From the NCBI GenBank assembly GCA_964535655.1, contig CAZHTP010000004.1:75108-139107 (forward strand): DNA of 64,000 nt, given 5' to 3'. Positions 49,001 through 57,448 of the stretch are shown piece by piece. Made by a program: the position numbers and the translations under genes. Within the stretch, counting starts at the first letter, position 1. Each line of letters begins with the position of its first letter. The notes beneath the pieces were generated by a model. It searched no databases, was not told the DNA's origin, and was given only the letters and a program-made list of their open reading frames with translations. This DNA is from an uncultured Gammaproteobacteria bacterium. GTDB taxonomy: Bacteria > Patescibacteriota > Microgenomatia > JALYQM01.

Positions 49001-49390
49001 GGTCCAACAATAAATAAATATCCCAATAGCTGTTATGAAAAATGCTGAAAACTCAACAATATTAAAAGAGCGAATTAAAGAGATATTAGTTAGATGATGA
49101 AAAAGTACTACAATGTAGTGGGCAAGAAAGGGATAGGCAGCTACGAAAGATACTCCGGCCCCTTGAAGTGGATACCAATAAGGGACATTGGGGTAAAATC
49201 TGTTAATCCATTCTACATAGGTAAAAGCACTAAATGAATCTGTTCCTATGGGTGAGAAAGCATTGATTGAAGACCAGTTGGCGGAATAAAAAAGGAAGGT
49301 AATTACAGCAAGTCCAATGATTGCGACCATGCTTTGGATTACAAAAGAAATTAACGATATAATTACTTTTTTAGGTTTGATTCTGTTCAT
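46088..49390 (-). CDS. Very large polytopic membrane protein, YfhO/GT-C-like (N-terminal ~12 TM, large exported domain, C-terminal TM anchor)
   Basis: 1100 aa. N-terminal 450 aa are multi-TM with aromatic-rich loops. About 550-aa hydrophilic domain. Final TM LNVLSLLTISYLVLYALGI. No STT3 WWDYG motif found. Confidence 0.4.
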   Translation of the reverse strand: MNRIKPKKVIISLISFVIQSMVAIIGLAVITFLFYSANWSSINAFSPIGTDSFSAFTYVEWINRFYPNVPYWYPLQGAGVSFVAAYPFLAHYIVVLFHHLTNISLIRSFNIVEFSAFFITAIGIFIYCWTRLDYPKNKVARQAIGITAATFYLIAPITYVFANPWGFYAETVSYMFTGPTLILLDYFIDKHFKGEHDWKKRVALLFGMIFYTITFLTHFSTGVGLTNVLFILIIGRMLKNPLKTDFKKSLINGFTAGACIYISLTGLFSWRLANFQDYSAEVAKGGFAGYANPTVKLSDITETHTLHLKQVLGFDYYPDSDPRKPMNNWALQPFIWIFAAIGGTIGALRSKKMALFGLMSTYGLLTLSLPIVLFILSRIGVFAELFNARSVWTVYRMIVPILAAYGVYTLCELPFIIIDKLITKVHPLIQFNWSNVLKPAIVISMMSLLTFYVTVYTNPAKVEKGRDTSKILRIGIGKVSRDNLWKQVSEHNKIIIHDPNQNKDVDYDTDLTYTPEELYFFCKNYSGSDNVINSLCDKAITKRTNKIELLQVDDLKIFTTYCTTDKHEMTETKFNFCNTLNKLPLAYQLNPKNWPRFNVTKPDFSDYKKEAEFFSLIPDKPLDTRYDLSGLAGSIIMRAPLLTNASQTQVYINNLNLFSALWNYQSSVMYSDQPINQKPGVISELAKYFGYEYIYQATNSEVAKSLFDNDQNWENADKPNWRHFKNPTTLTTWTSKPAVLFIGNKKTFLYDQFFKTANLGILPYDKATLFAGKTYVDDYSLDELNKFNVLFLEGYNYHDQANGHDLLDNYVKNGGNLFIDTGWQYESPDWELKSASAFFPTNNLVWKEAAPRSKMTLDQAGKIGMDTENKDAGYLTNLDSAWGISSPQDIRDGANVILQSNNIPLIISKIHGKGRVVWSGMNIVPHIEGGKNENAKEIEVLKYSLQWLLENNTNNINDYHVSVKRPSPDIVQFTLNDSTESPTTLYWRESYYPKWHAYLNSATGKKEVNLYQAGPRLTGMRLPKMTANQTITMQIENTPKEIALNVLSLLTISYLVLYALGITGSINRTVHYYIWKTKDKLEIAKSENASFKVHEDPSEE

Positions 49391-49423
49391 GGAAGTTTTG
49401 CTTACTTGATGATAGTAATTGAA

Positions 49424-50347
49424 CTATGATTTTCGTGCAAGAACATTTATGGCTGTCCAAAAAAGGCGTTTCTTTTCAAGTTTTTGAAGCAGAAGTTTCA
49501 ACTTGCCAGAAAAATGAGGCAATTCTGGTGTAAATTCATATCTGAATACTTCAACTTGTTTATATCCGGCTTTTTTGTGCATTTTTTTTATAGTACTTGG
49601 CAAAAAAGATTTTTCATACCCGGTGAACATAAATTTGGTTTTAAATATTTTTCTGTGTATAAAATAAAATAACGGTTTTAATAGGGGGATTTCAGGGATG
49701 TTGCCTGAAAATTGACGATAGGTTAAAGAACTTACTGAAACTACTGGAATAGTATTGATGATATATCCATTTTTTCGGGTAACTTTGTAAAGTTCACATA
49801 ACGCATCTTGTGTTTGTTCGATGTGTTCAAGTGTGCCACCTCCGTAAATGATATCAAAAGTATTTTCTTTAAAAGGAGGATGGGCGATATCGGCACACAC
49901 AAGAAAACAGGGTATTTTGTATAGTTTGGCGATCTGCTTCGTTAAGGCAAGTGAAGTTAAGGAGAAGTCGATACCATAGATTGTGTACCCCTTTTGAGCA
50001 ATGGTATTTATTGCGATACTTCCCCCAATGCCAAGTTCAAGGTAATTACCGTGTTTTTTATTAGGTAATGTTTCGAGCAATTTTCTTAAAGGAAAATACT
50101 CTTTTATTTTTTGTTTAGCAAAATCATAGAGCTTTTCCTCTTTAATATTTCCTTCGTTGTAGAGTTCATGAAATTTTTTTAAAGAGAGTTTTGTTTCTTC
50201 TTCATCAATGATTTGTGTGAAATCAGGAATGCCATTATGTACTGGATAGGTGCGATGACATGTTGAACATACAAGACTTCTTTCGGCTTCTTCAACTGAT
50301 GATCGGCAAATAGGGCAGGCTAGAATAGTAAGAAATTGTTTGTTCAT
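49424..50347 (-). CDS. Class I SAM-dependent methyltransferase with N-terminal Trm112-like zinc ribbon
   Basis: CPICRSS…CSTCHRTYPVHNGIPDF (Trm112/UPF0434-type C4 ribbon), then MTase motif I LELGIGGS and post-I acidic IYGIDFS. Confidence 0.65.
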   Translation of the reverse strand: MNKQFLTILACPICRSSVEEAERSLVCSTCHRTYPVHNGIPDFTQIIDEEETKLSLKKFHELYNEGNIKEEKLYDFAKQKIKEYFPLRKLLETLPNKKHGNYLELGIGGSIAINTIAQKGYTIYGIDFSLTSLALTKQIAKLYKIPCFLVCADIAHPPFKENTFDIIYGGGTLEHIEQTQDALCELYKVTRKNGYIINTIPVVSVSSLTYRQFSGNIPEIPLLKPLFYFIHRKIFKTKFMFTGYEKSFLPSTIKKMHKKAGYKQVEVFRYEFTPELPHFSGKLKLLLQKLEKKRLFWTAINVLARKS

Positions 50348-50350
50348 ACT

Positions 50351-51481
50351 TTATACTAGTTTAACTAGTTCATTTTCTAATAATTCCGATTGAATAGCTA
50401 AATCATATTTTTTTTCAGCAAATAGCCGATTTTTTAAACCAATTTCATTTCTTTTTTCAGTGTCGTTTATCATATCATTTAATGCTGCTATTAATTGATC
50501 AAGATTTTGTTCTTCGATAAAGGAGTTTTGCGGTTCAACTTCTTCCACTATTCCACCAGATTTTGTTGCAATGATTGGTAATCCGCTCGCTTGTGCTTCG
50601 AGCAATGTATACGAAAAATATTCATGCCAGAAAGGGATTCCGAGGATACTGCTCGTTTGAGAAGGAGAGCAAAAAATATCTGCGGTTTGGTAAAGGGTCG
50701 GTAACTGAGAGTAGTTAACTTGACCGTGATACACGATAGGTAGGTAGTTGGATGCATTAATAATCTCATTGGTTAGTGCTCCTTTCCCGGCGATATGTAA
50801 TTCTACGTTATTTTCTTTAGATATTGCAGCAAAGGCTTGCAAGAGAAGTCGTATTCCTTTGGCTTCAGATAATGCTCCGACATACAAAATTCGTATTTTT
50901 TCTGATACTTGTTTAATTTTTGCGGGGGTAAATTGCTCAAGACTAATTCCAGGATAAATTACGCGTGTTTTACTTCGTGGAATTCCAATCGAATCGGTGA
51001 ACTCGTAGGCTTTATAATTGCGAAGAATGAACAATTCAGAATTCTTAATAACTTTATTCGTTATTATTGAATAGGGTGGTAACCATGAGGAAATATGATT
51101 CGGAAGATTACACCAGATAATGGTATAGAAAGGGATTCGGTTTCTCTTAGCAAACGTTTCTAATTGATAATTCCAAAAATAATAGGTATCGGTAATTCCT
51201 ATCAGTGAACTGTTTTCTAGAATATTTTCTAAGCCCTTTAACATTTTCCAGGATAGATTGTTGGGAGAATTTGAAATCATTTCTACTGGATCCAATATTA
51301 GTGGAGAATAGTAATTTAAGGAGGCATAAGTAATATTTTGATATTCTGTAGAAACTGGTGTGAAGTTTGTGCTACCAAATAATTCCGGTCTGAAAATTTT
51401 AAATCTATTATAGAGATCAAAATTTATTAATCTACTTTCACTATTTACTACTAGTTTTTTCATTGGTGGGACCAAAGGCAT
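50351..51481 (-). CDS. Glycosyltransferase family 4
   Basis: C-terminal …GIPFWHEYFSYTLLEAQASGLPIIATKSGGIVEEVE… GT4 donor-binding region. 376 aa. Confidence 0.55.
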   Translation of the reverse strand: MPLVPPMKKLVVNSESRLINFDLYNRFKIFRPELFGSTNFTPVSTEYQNITYASLNYYSPLILDPVEMISNSPNNLSWKMLKGLENILENSSLIGITDTYYFWNYQLETFAKRNRIPFYTIIWCNLPNHISSWLPPYSIITNKVIKNSELFILRNYKAYEFTDSIGIPRSKTRVIYPGISLEQFTPAKIKQVSEKIRILYVGALSEAKGIRLLLQAFAAISKENNVELHIAGKGALTNEIINASNYLPIVYHGQVNYSQLPTLYQTADIFCSPSQTSSILGIPFWHEYFSYTLLEAQASGLPIIATKSGGIVEEVEPQNSFIEEQNLDQLIAALNDMINDTEKRNEIGLKNRLFAEKKYDLAIQSELLENELVKLV

Positions 51482-52562
51482 CGATTATTGTATTGGCAAT
51501 AATATCATGACCGGCTTGAGAAGGATGTAACAAATCTTCGGAAAGTACCTTTTCTGCTCCGGCTGCTTTCATAGGAGTATACACATCAATTAGTTGCATT
51601 TTTTTAGAATAAGCGAGGTCCTTGATCATTTTATTCCAGGCGATATCTTTACCGCCATTTTCTGTCCAGTCTTTATTGCAGCAGTTTTGATAATAAATAT
51701 TTACAAGGAAAACGGTTCGTTCTGCGGAAGGTGCCGAAGTATTGATTATTTTTTCTAGATTATCTTTTACATATAGCATTTTAAACCCTTCACTACTTTT
51801 GTCCGCGCCACTAATCAAGTCATTAATACCAACCGCAATGCTCACCAAATCTGGATTGGCTTCGTCAATTTCACTTTTAATCCGTGGAACTAAATCTTGA
51901 GTGGTTGTTCCAGTGACTCCTTTGTTTATTGTTTTTAATTTGGGATTGGTTTTTTTAAGGTAATTTGAAAACTGGTCTACCCAACCGTTGTCTTTTGCTG
52001 CTCGTGATCCTTGGGTTATGCTATCGCCTGATGCAAGATATACTTGATAGGAATCTTTTTTCCCTATTGTTGGTTTAATTTCTTCGAATTTTGTTTCTAT
52101 TTTAATTGGTTCACTTCGTAGACCTTCGATTTTGTTGTCAAAGGTTAACGCTGCGACTGAATATGAATAGCTTTCACCTGGGTAGAGATTGGTGTCAGTA
52201 AAGGTTGAAAGCTCTCCGAGTATATCTGTGTACCAAAAACCGTCTCGATAAATGCGATATCCTGAATGAAGTATATATGGTTTCATTTCTGGAGAGAAAG
52301 CTACGAGCTTTCTCTGAGCGAAATTCCATGAAAGTGATACACTGTTAGAAGTTGACTCAGCTTTAAGATCTGTCGGAGCATATAGATCAGATTTAGTGTT
52401 TCCTTCTGTAATTTTTATAGTAAATGTATTTGCAAATTTTTCTGAGATTTTATTTTGTTCTTTTTGGGTCCTTGGATCAATTTTGCGGGAATAGTCGAAG
52501 TAAAAAAATCCCATGGTGAGAGCCAATACAACGCAACCTGCAATAAAGATTATTTTATTCAT
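51441..52562 (-). CDS. Membrane-anchored SGNH/GDSL hydrolase with Fn3-like N-domain
   Basis: N-terminal TM. Fn3-like segment (…VSLSWNF…YRIYRDG…). SGNH block I YLASGDSITQGS and block V …DLLHPSQAGHDII. Confidence 0.6.
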   Translation of the reverse strand: MNKIIFIAGCVVLALTMGFFYFDYSRKIDPRTQKEQNKISEKFANTFTIKITEGNTKSDLYAPTDLKAESTSNSVSLSWNFAQRKLVAFSPEMKPYILHSGYRIYRDGFWYTDILGELSTFTDTNLYPGESYSYSVAALTFDNKIEGLRSEPIKIETKFEEIKPTIGKKDSYQVYLASGDSITQGSRAAKDNGWVDQFSNYLKKTNPKLKTINKGVTGTTTQDLVPRIKSEIDEANPDLVSIAVGINDLISGADKSSEGFKMLYVKDNLEKIINTSAPSAERTVFLVNIYYQNCCNKDWTENGGKDIAWNKMIKDLAYSKKMQLIDVYTPMKAAGAEKVLSEDLLHPSQAGHDIIANTIIDAFGPTNEKTSSK

Positions 52563-53682
52563 ACTTTTTAACTAAATTTAAAAACTGTGTGGAATAGTAT
52601 TCAGGTGATAGTTTTGTCGACACGTATTCCCAGCCTTTCTGTATAGTATACTCGAATTCGTTAGGATGAGACATATACCCAATTAACGCTTGCGAAAGCT
52701 CTTGGGTATTATTTTTTACGACTATTCCAATTGCTTGTTCTTGGATAATTTTTGCCGCTCCTGATCCTTCAACTACGATTGGTAATTTTTTACGGGAGAG
52801 TCCTTCGAAGGGAGTTAAGCCGAGCCCTTCTGGGTAGAAAGCTGTTTGTAATACAATATCGGCGATTTCGTAGTATGCTTCGAGTTGGCTGGCAGATAAT
52901 TTTCCAGTAAAAACAAGCTCAGGGAAAGTAAGTGAATAGTGGTTAAGATCAGTGGGGTTCCCATCTCCAATAAATATCAAAGAAGATTGTGGATATTGTT
53001 TTAGATATTTTATGAATGAGTCAATTGCAAGTTGCTGATTTTTTAAGGGGTGAATGTGGCCGATACAGAGTATCACTTTGCGGTTTTTGAATACTGCGTT
53101 AAGATGTGTCGGTTTCGGATTTTTAATAGGAGAGACTGGAGGAATTAATTCAGCGCAATTTGTATTTGGAAATATTTCTTGTGCATTGATCCTAACTTTA
53201 GGTGAATTAGCTATAATTGAATGGACATGCTTTACTAAGAGTTTATTTATACTAAGTACTGCCTTGGAATACGCTTTTTGAATCGGTGATGATTGGGGAA
53301 AGGGAATTTTTTCAAAGGAATGCATCATCCAAAATATTTTTTTACTCATGAGCTTTCCAATAAGAATTGCTGACCACAAACAGGGAAAGCTATCTGAGAC
53401 GAGAACATTTGCATTCGAGGTGTACTTAGCTGCTTGTACTGTTGCATAGAATGGAGAGATTAAGGTAAATAATACATTGTTTTGAACTATTTTGTTAATA
53501 ACAGTATTTGGTGTGACTACCATAACTCTCGGATCAAAAAAATTCTCAGTTAATTTTGAATTCTTTTTTAGAAAGATTACTGTTACCGTATGTTCTTTCT
53601 CAACTAAGGATTCTGAAAGTGTTGCAATGACTCGTTCAGCCCCTCGATAACTTAACTCTGACTGAATAAATAGAAATTTCAT
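52555..53682 (-). CDS. Glycosyltransferase family 4
   Basis: C-terminal …AFYPEGLGLTPFEGLSRKKLPIVVEGSGAAKIIQ…. 375 aa. Confidence 0.6.
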   Translation of the reverse strand: MKFLFIQSELSYRGAERVIATLSESLVEKEHTVTVIFLKKNSKLTENFFDPRVMVVTPNTVINKIVQNNVLFTLISPFYATVQAAKYTSNANVLVSDSFPCLWSAILIGKLMSKKIFWMMHSFEKIPFPQSSPIQKAYSKAVLSINKLLVKHVHSIIANSPKVRINAQEIFPNTNCAELIPPVSPIKNPKPTHLNAVFKNRKVILCIGHIHPLKNQQLAIDSFIKYLKQYPQSSLIFIGDGNPTDLNHYSLTFPELVFTGKLSASQLEAYYEIADIVLQTAFYPEGLGLTPFEGLSRKKLPIVVEGSGAAKIIQEQAIGIVVKNNTQELSQALIGYMSHPNEFEYTIQKGWEYVSTKLSPEYYSTQFLNLVKKYE

Positions 53683-53683
53683 A

Positions 53684-55396
53684 TTACTTTTTGACTAAAT
53701 ATGAGCCAATTGCTAGCGCATCTAATCCTGAATTTTTAAAACAGTTAATTGCTTGCTCTGGTGTGCAGACAATTGGTTCATTCATAACATTGAATGAAGT
53801 ATTTAAAAGTACCGATACTCCGGTGATCCTTTTAAAGGCACTGAGTAGTCTGAAATACTCAGGGTTTTGATCTTCTGATACGGTTTGTACCCGAGCTGTA
53901 CCGTCGACATGGGTTACCGAGGGGATTATAGATTTCATTTCCTCGATTACATCGAAGGTAATAATCATATAGGGTGCCTCTGTGCAATTTTTGAAATACA
54001 ATGAGGCATCTTTTTTAAGTACTGAGGGCGCGAATGGTCTAAAACTTTCGCGGAATTTTACTTTGGCATTTAGTTTGTCTTTATTAGTTGGATCTCTCGG
54101 GTCGGCCAGGATTGAACGATTGCCGAGGGCTCTCGGACCAAATTCGTGTGCTCCTTGAAACCATCCGACAAATTTTCCATCCGCAAGTAGTTGAGCTGTT
54201 GCTGTAAATATATCGCTTTCTTTGGTAAACGTTAGGTTACTTTTTGTGAGTGCTTCGATTATCTCACTTTCACTTGGGGTAAATCCTAAATATGGTGATC
54301 TGTTTTGAGAATCAACTACATGGGTCTTTGCATATTTGTAATACGATAAAAATGCTGCTCCTACTGCTATTCCGTCGTCACCTGCAGCCGGATATACGAA
54401 CAACTCTTTAAAGATATTTGATTCGATAATCTTTCCGTTTGTGACACTATTTAGTGTTACTCCACCTGCCAAGCAGAGTGTATCTTCGCCAGTTATCTTT
54501 TTTGCTCTTTTAACCAAATTTACTATGGTTTCTTCGATAATTACTTGCAGTGCTTTAGCTAAATTCTGGTGTTCTGAAGTTATAGGATCTTTTTTAACTC
54601 GTGGAGCCCCAAACTCTTTTTCGAATTTTTTTGATACTCCTTTATAGGGATTCCACCAAAAATCAAAGTAAGAAAGCTTTAGAGAGAACTTCCCGTTAGG
54701 GTTGATCTGAATAACTTTTTTCATTGTGGGAACTAATGAGGTGTCACCATACGAAGATAACCCCATTACTTTGCCTTCATCGCAGTTTCTGAGGAAACCT
54801 AAGTGATAGGTGATTGCTGTATAGAGTAATCCTAGCGAGTGAGGATAGTTTATCTGGAACTTCCTTCGAAGATGTGTTCCTGATGCTTTATAAATTCGGG
54901 TAGAAGCTCGTTCACCTCTTCCATCAATAGTAATAATGGCTGCAGAATATGCACTTGAGGGGAAGTAGCAAGAAGCAGCATGGGCATCATGATGGTCATG
55001 AAACGCTACTTTGCCTTTGTATTTTAATGTATTCCTTATAAAATCGTGAGTATCGACGATATTATAAATATTTTTTAGTAAGTTAAATATATGATTGTCA
55101 CCTGTTTCGATGAATTCTCTTGTCGAGGGGGGGATGAGTTTAAAAATACCAATTGATGAGAGAAACCACAGTATTTGCCAGCGAATAAAATTAAATCCTA
55201 AGGATATTTCTTGGATTTCATTACTATCTTTTAATCCGGCCTTATCGATGCAAAATCGTATTGCATTAACTGGGATTTTTGCGCTATGTTTTTCTCTATT
55301 AAACCGTTCTTCGCTGCTTGCGGCTATAATCACCCCATCCTTAACTATTGCTGCGCTACTGTCATGACTGAACGGGTTTATTCCGAGTGTTATCAT
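53684..55396 (-). CDS. Carbamoyltransferase, NodU/CmcH/TobZ family (O-carbamoyltransferase)
   Basis: N-terminal ITLGINPFSHDSSAAIVKDGVIIAASSEERFNREKH is the family signature. 570 aa with a YrdC/Kae1-like C-terminal half. Confidence 0.8.
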   Translation of the reverse strand: MITLGINPFSHDSSAAIVKDGVIIAASSEERFNREKHSAKIPVNAIRFCIDKAGLKDSNEIQEISLGFNFIRWQILWFLSSIGIFKLIPPSTREFIETGDNHIFNLLKNIYNIVDTHDFIRNTLKYKGKVAFHDHHDAHAASCYFPSSAYSAAIITIDGRGERASTRIYKASGTHLRRKFQINYPHSLGLLYTAITYHLGFLRNCDEGKVMGLSSYGDTSLVPTMKKVIQINPNGKFSLKLSYFDFWWNPYKGVSKKFEKEFGAPRVKKDPITSEHQNLAKALQVIIEETIVNLVKRAKKITGEDTLCLAGGVTLNSVTNGKIIESNIFKELFVYPAAGDDGIAVGAAFLSYYKYAKTHVVDSQNRSPYLGFTPSESEIIEALTKSNLTFTKESDIFTATAQLLADGKFVGWFQGAHEFGPRALGNRSILADPRDPTNKDKLNAKVKFRESFRPFAPSVLKKDASLYFKNCTEAPYMIITFDVIEEMKSIIPSVTHVDGTARVQTVSEDQNPEYFRLLSAFKRITGVSVLLNTSFNVMNEPIVCTPEQAINCFKNSGLDALAIGSYLVKK

Positions 55397-55438
55397 GTGG
55401 GTAGAGTATAGCGTAAACTAAAGTACGTCAAGGTCGAT

Positions 55439-56566
55439 ATGAGGAGAGATTTGTCAGTGCTAATAATTCAGCCATGGTTAAATTACCGTGGAGCGGAAAG
55501 TGTATCAATTGAACTTTGCAAAGAGTTGCAGTCTCGCGGGATACGCTCACGAATATTGTGTTTATATGTTTCTGATGCTGTGGCTGATGAACTAGGTCCG
55601 GAAATGGTGCATGTTCCAAATCGAGTTTGGCAAGTTTTTTTTAAGAACAAAATTTTCTTTATATTGTTTGGCTTTTGGGGGATGTTGCTCCTCGGGATTA
55701 TTCACGGACGTAAATACGAGGTTTATAATCCGCATAATTTCCCCGCTGTATGGGTAGCGGTACTTTGTTCTATTGTTTACTGGCGTCGAGTTGTCTGGAC
55801 GGTGCATAATTTTCCTCAACATCCTTTTCGTGGAAAAGTCGGGACTACTTTTGAATTTCTTATTTCAGGAATTGATTCGTATTTAGTACATCATGTAGAT
55901 ACTATAGTGGCCGTTTCGCAAAAAGTGGCTGCACTAGTTCATTCTAAATATGATGTAACTGCTGAAGTGGTGTATCCAGGAATCCCTGTTTCTTTTTGGC
56001 AGACAAATGTAAGCTTGGATACTTCATTTGAATTTTCGGGAAAGCGAATTCTATTGCATGCGGGACAAATTCGACCTGAAAAACGGCAAGAATCCAGCGT
56101 TGCACTATTTAACTTGATTGCTCAAACTTGCTCTGAATTGGTCTTGGTATTTGCCGGGGAGCGAATTTCCTCACATTATCCCAATCTTGATTTGTTGCCT
56201 AAAAATGTTCGGGATCGTGTTTTTTTTACCGGTCGAATTCCTAAAGAGAAATTACGTTCGCTGTACTCTAATACAGAATTTCTTATTCTTCAGTCACATT
56301 GGGGAGAGGGGTGTAATTTAGTGGCATTGGAAGCTATGGCGAGTGGCGTAGCACATGTTTTTGTAGCAAAAGGGAGTGGAGTAGACGAATTGTTCGATAG
56401 ATATGGTAAGGAAATTGTTTTTGATAGTGAACAAGCTATACAAAAAGTTGCGTCATTAATTGAGCAAAAGTATTTTGAAAAGAGGAAGGATGACTATACA
56501 AATATTGTTGAAATCTCTAGTTTTTCTCATTATACTGATATTTTTCTAAATATCCTTAAAGGGTAA
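55439..56566 (+). CDS. Glycosyltransferase family 4
   Basis: …QSHWGEGCNLVALEAMASGVAHVFVAKGSGVDELF… 375 aa. The only plus-strand gene in this block. Confidence 0.65.
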   Translation: MRRDLSVLIIQPWLNYRGAESVSIELCKELQSRGIRSRILCLYVSDAVADELGPEMVHVPNRVWQVFFKNKIFFILFGFWGMLLLGIIHGRKYEVYNPHNFPAVWVAVLCSIVYWRRVVWTVHNFPQHPFRGKVGTTFEFLISGIDSYLVHHVDTIVAVSQKVAALVHSKYDVTAEVVYPGIPVSFWQTNVSLDTSFEFSGKRILLHAGQIRPEKRQESSVALFNLIAQTCSELVLVFAGERISSHYPNLDLLPKNVRDRVFFTGRIPKEKLRSLYSNTEFLILQSHWGEGCNLVALEAMASGVAHVFVAKGSGVDELFDRYGKEIVFDSEQAIQKVASLIEQKYFEKRKDDYTNIVEISSFSHYTDIFLNILKG

Positions 56567-57448
56567 ATGTTTAATTATTTTAAATTGTTCATCCATGCTT
56601 AGTTCTTTTGAGAAGTAATAGTTAGGAAAATATGCTTCTTGAGATGAGAGTGCTGGCAACGTATTTGTAATTAAATTCCGAAGTACGAAAAATGCATTAG
56701 TACCAGAACTATCGCAGCCTACCAGACTATATCCTTTAGTTGCTCCTAGCTTCGCTAACGCACTGAGAGACGCTCCATGATACAAATTGCTTGGGTGTTT
56801 GTTTCCACAGTAAAAATCTGGATCATAGACCGTAGATATTGACCTGCTTACTCCTAACTGCGCATTATATTCTATTACTACAACACGGGGCTTTATCGAA
56901 ACTATGGCTTCCCAGATCCAATAATCATTGCCATCGATGTCGATGGACAATAAATCAATTTCCCCGCTAATATTTGATTTTATACATTCATCGACGCTTT
57001 CCTTTTTCGCTTGGTGATGAATTAACTTAATATTTTTAAAATTAGTACCTAGTAGTTGTTTATAAAAAAAAGTGGCTAGTTCCAAATATTCGATAGTTTG
57101 ATCTATCAGTAGACCTTTCCACTGTTTACGTATCAGGTAGGTCGTATTGTTTTCGGTACCGTCACCGATGCCGATCTCGACGAACACTTTATTTGTCGTT
57201 CCGATTTGAGAGAAAATATATTCAATAATTCCGTCCTCACCATTTTGAGAGTACATGGTTTTTTCATGCTTATTAATTATGTTTTTTTGTGTCGAATTAT
57301 TTAGTTTGAATTGTCTGTTAAGATTATTTCTTTTATATTGTAGTTGTTGAGAAATTAAAATTAACTGTACTTTTTTAGAAAGGTTTCTTCTTAAGTACAT
57401 TGCGATGTTATTGCGAAGCCATTGCACTTTATTCGATATTATTTTCAT
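56546..57448 (-). CDS. Class I SAM-dependent methyltransferase (FkbM/TylF-like sugar methyltransferase candidate)
   Basis: Motif I VFVEIGIGDGTEN. Motif II acidic LLSIDIDGNDYW. N-terminal YSQNGEDGIIEYIF box. Confidence 0.4.
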   Translation of the reverse strand: MKIISNKVQWLRNNIAMYLRRNLSKKVQLILISQQLQYKRNNLNRQFKLNNSTQKNIINKHEKTMYSQNGEDGIIEYIFSQIGTTNKVFVEIGIGDGTENNTTYLIRKQWKGLLIDQTIEYLELATFFYKQLLGTNFKNIKLIHHQAKKESVDECIKSNISGEIDLLSIDIDGNDYWIWEAIVSIKPRVVVIEYNAQLGVSRSISTVYDPDFYCGNKHPSNLYHGASLSALAKLGATKGYSLVGCDSSGTNAFFVLRNLITNTLPALSSQEAYFPNYYFSKELSMDEQFKIIKHLPFKDI

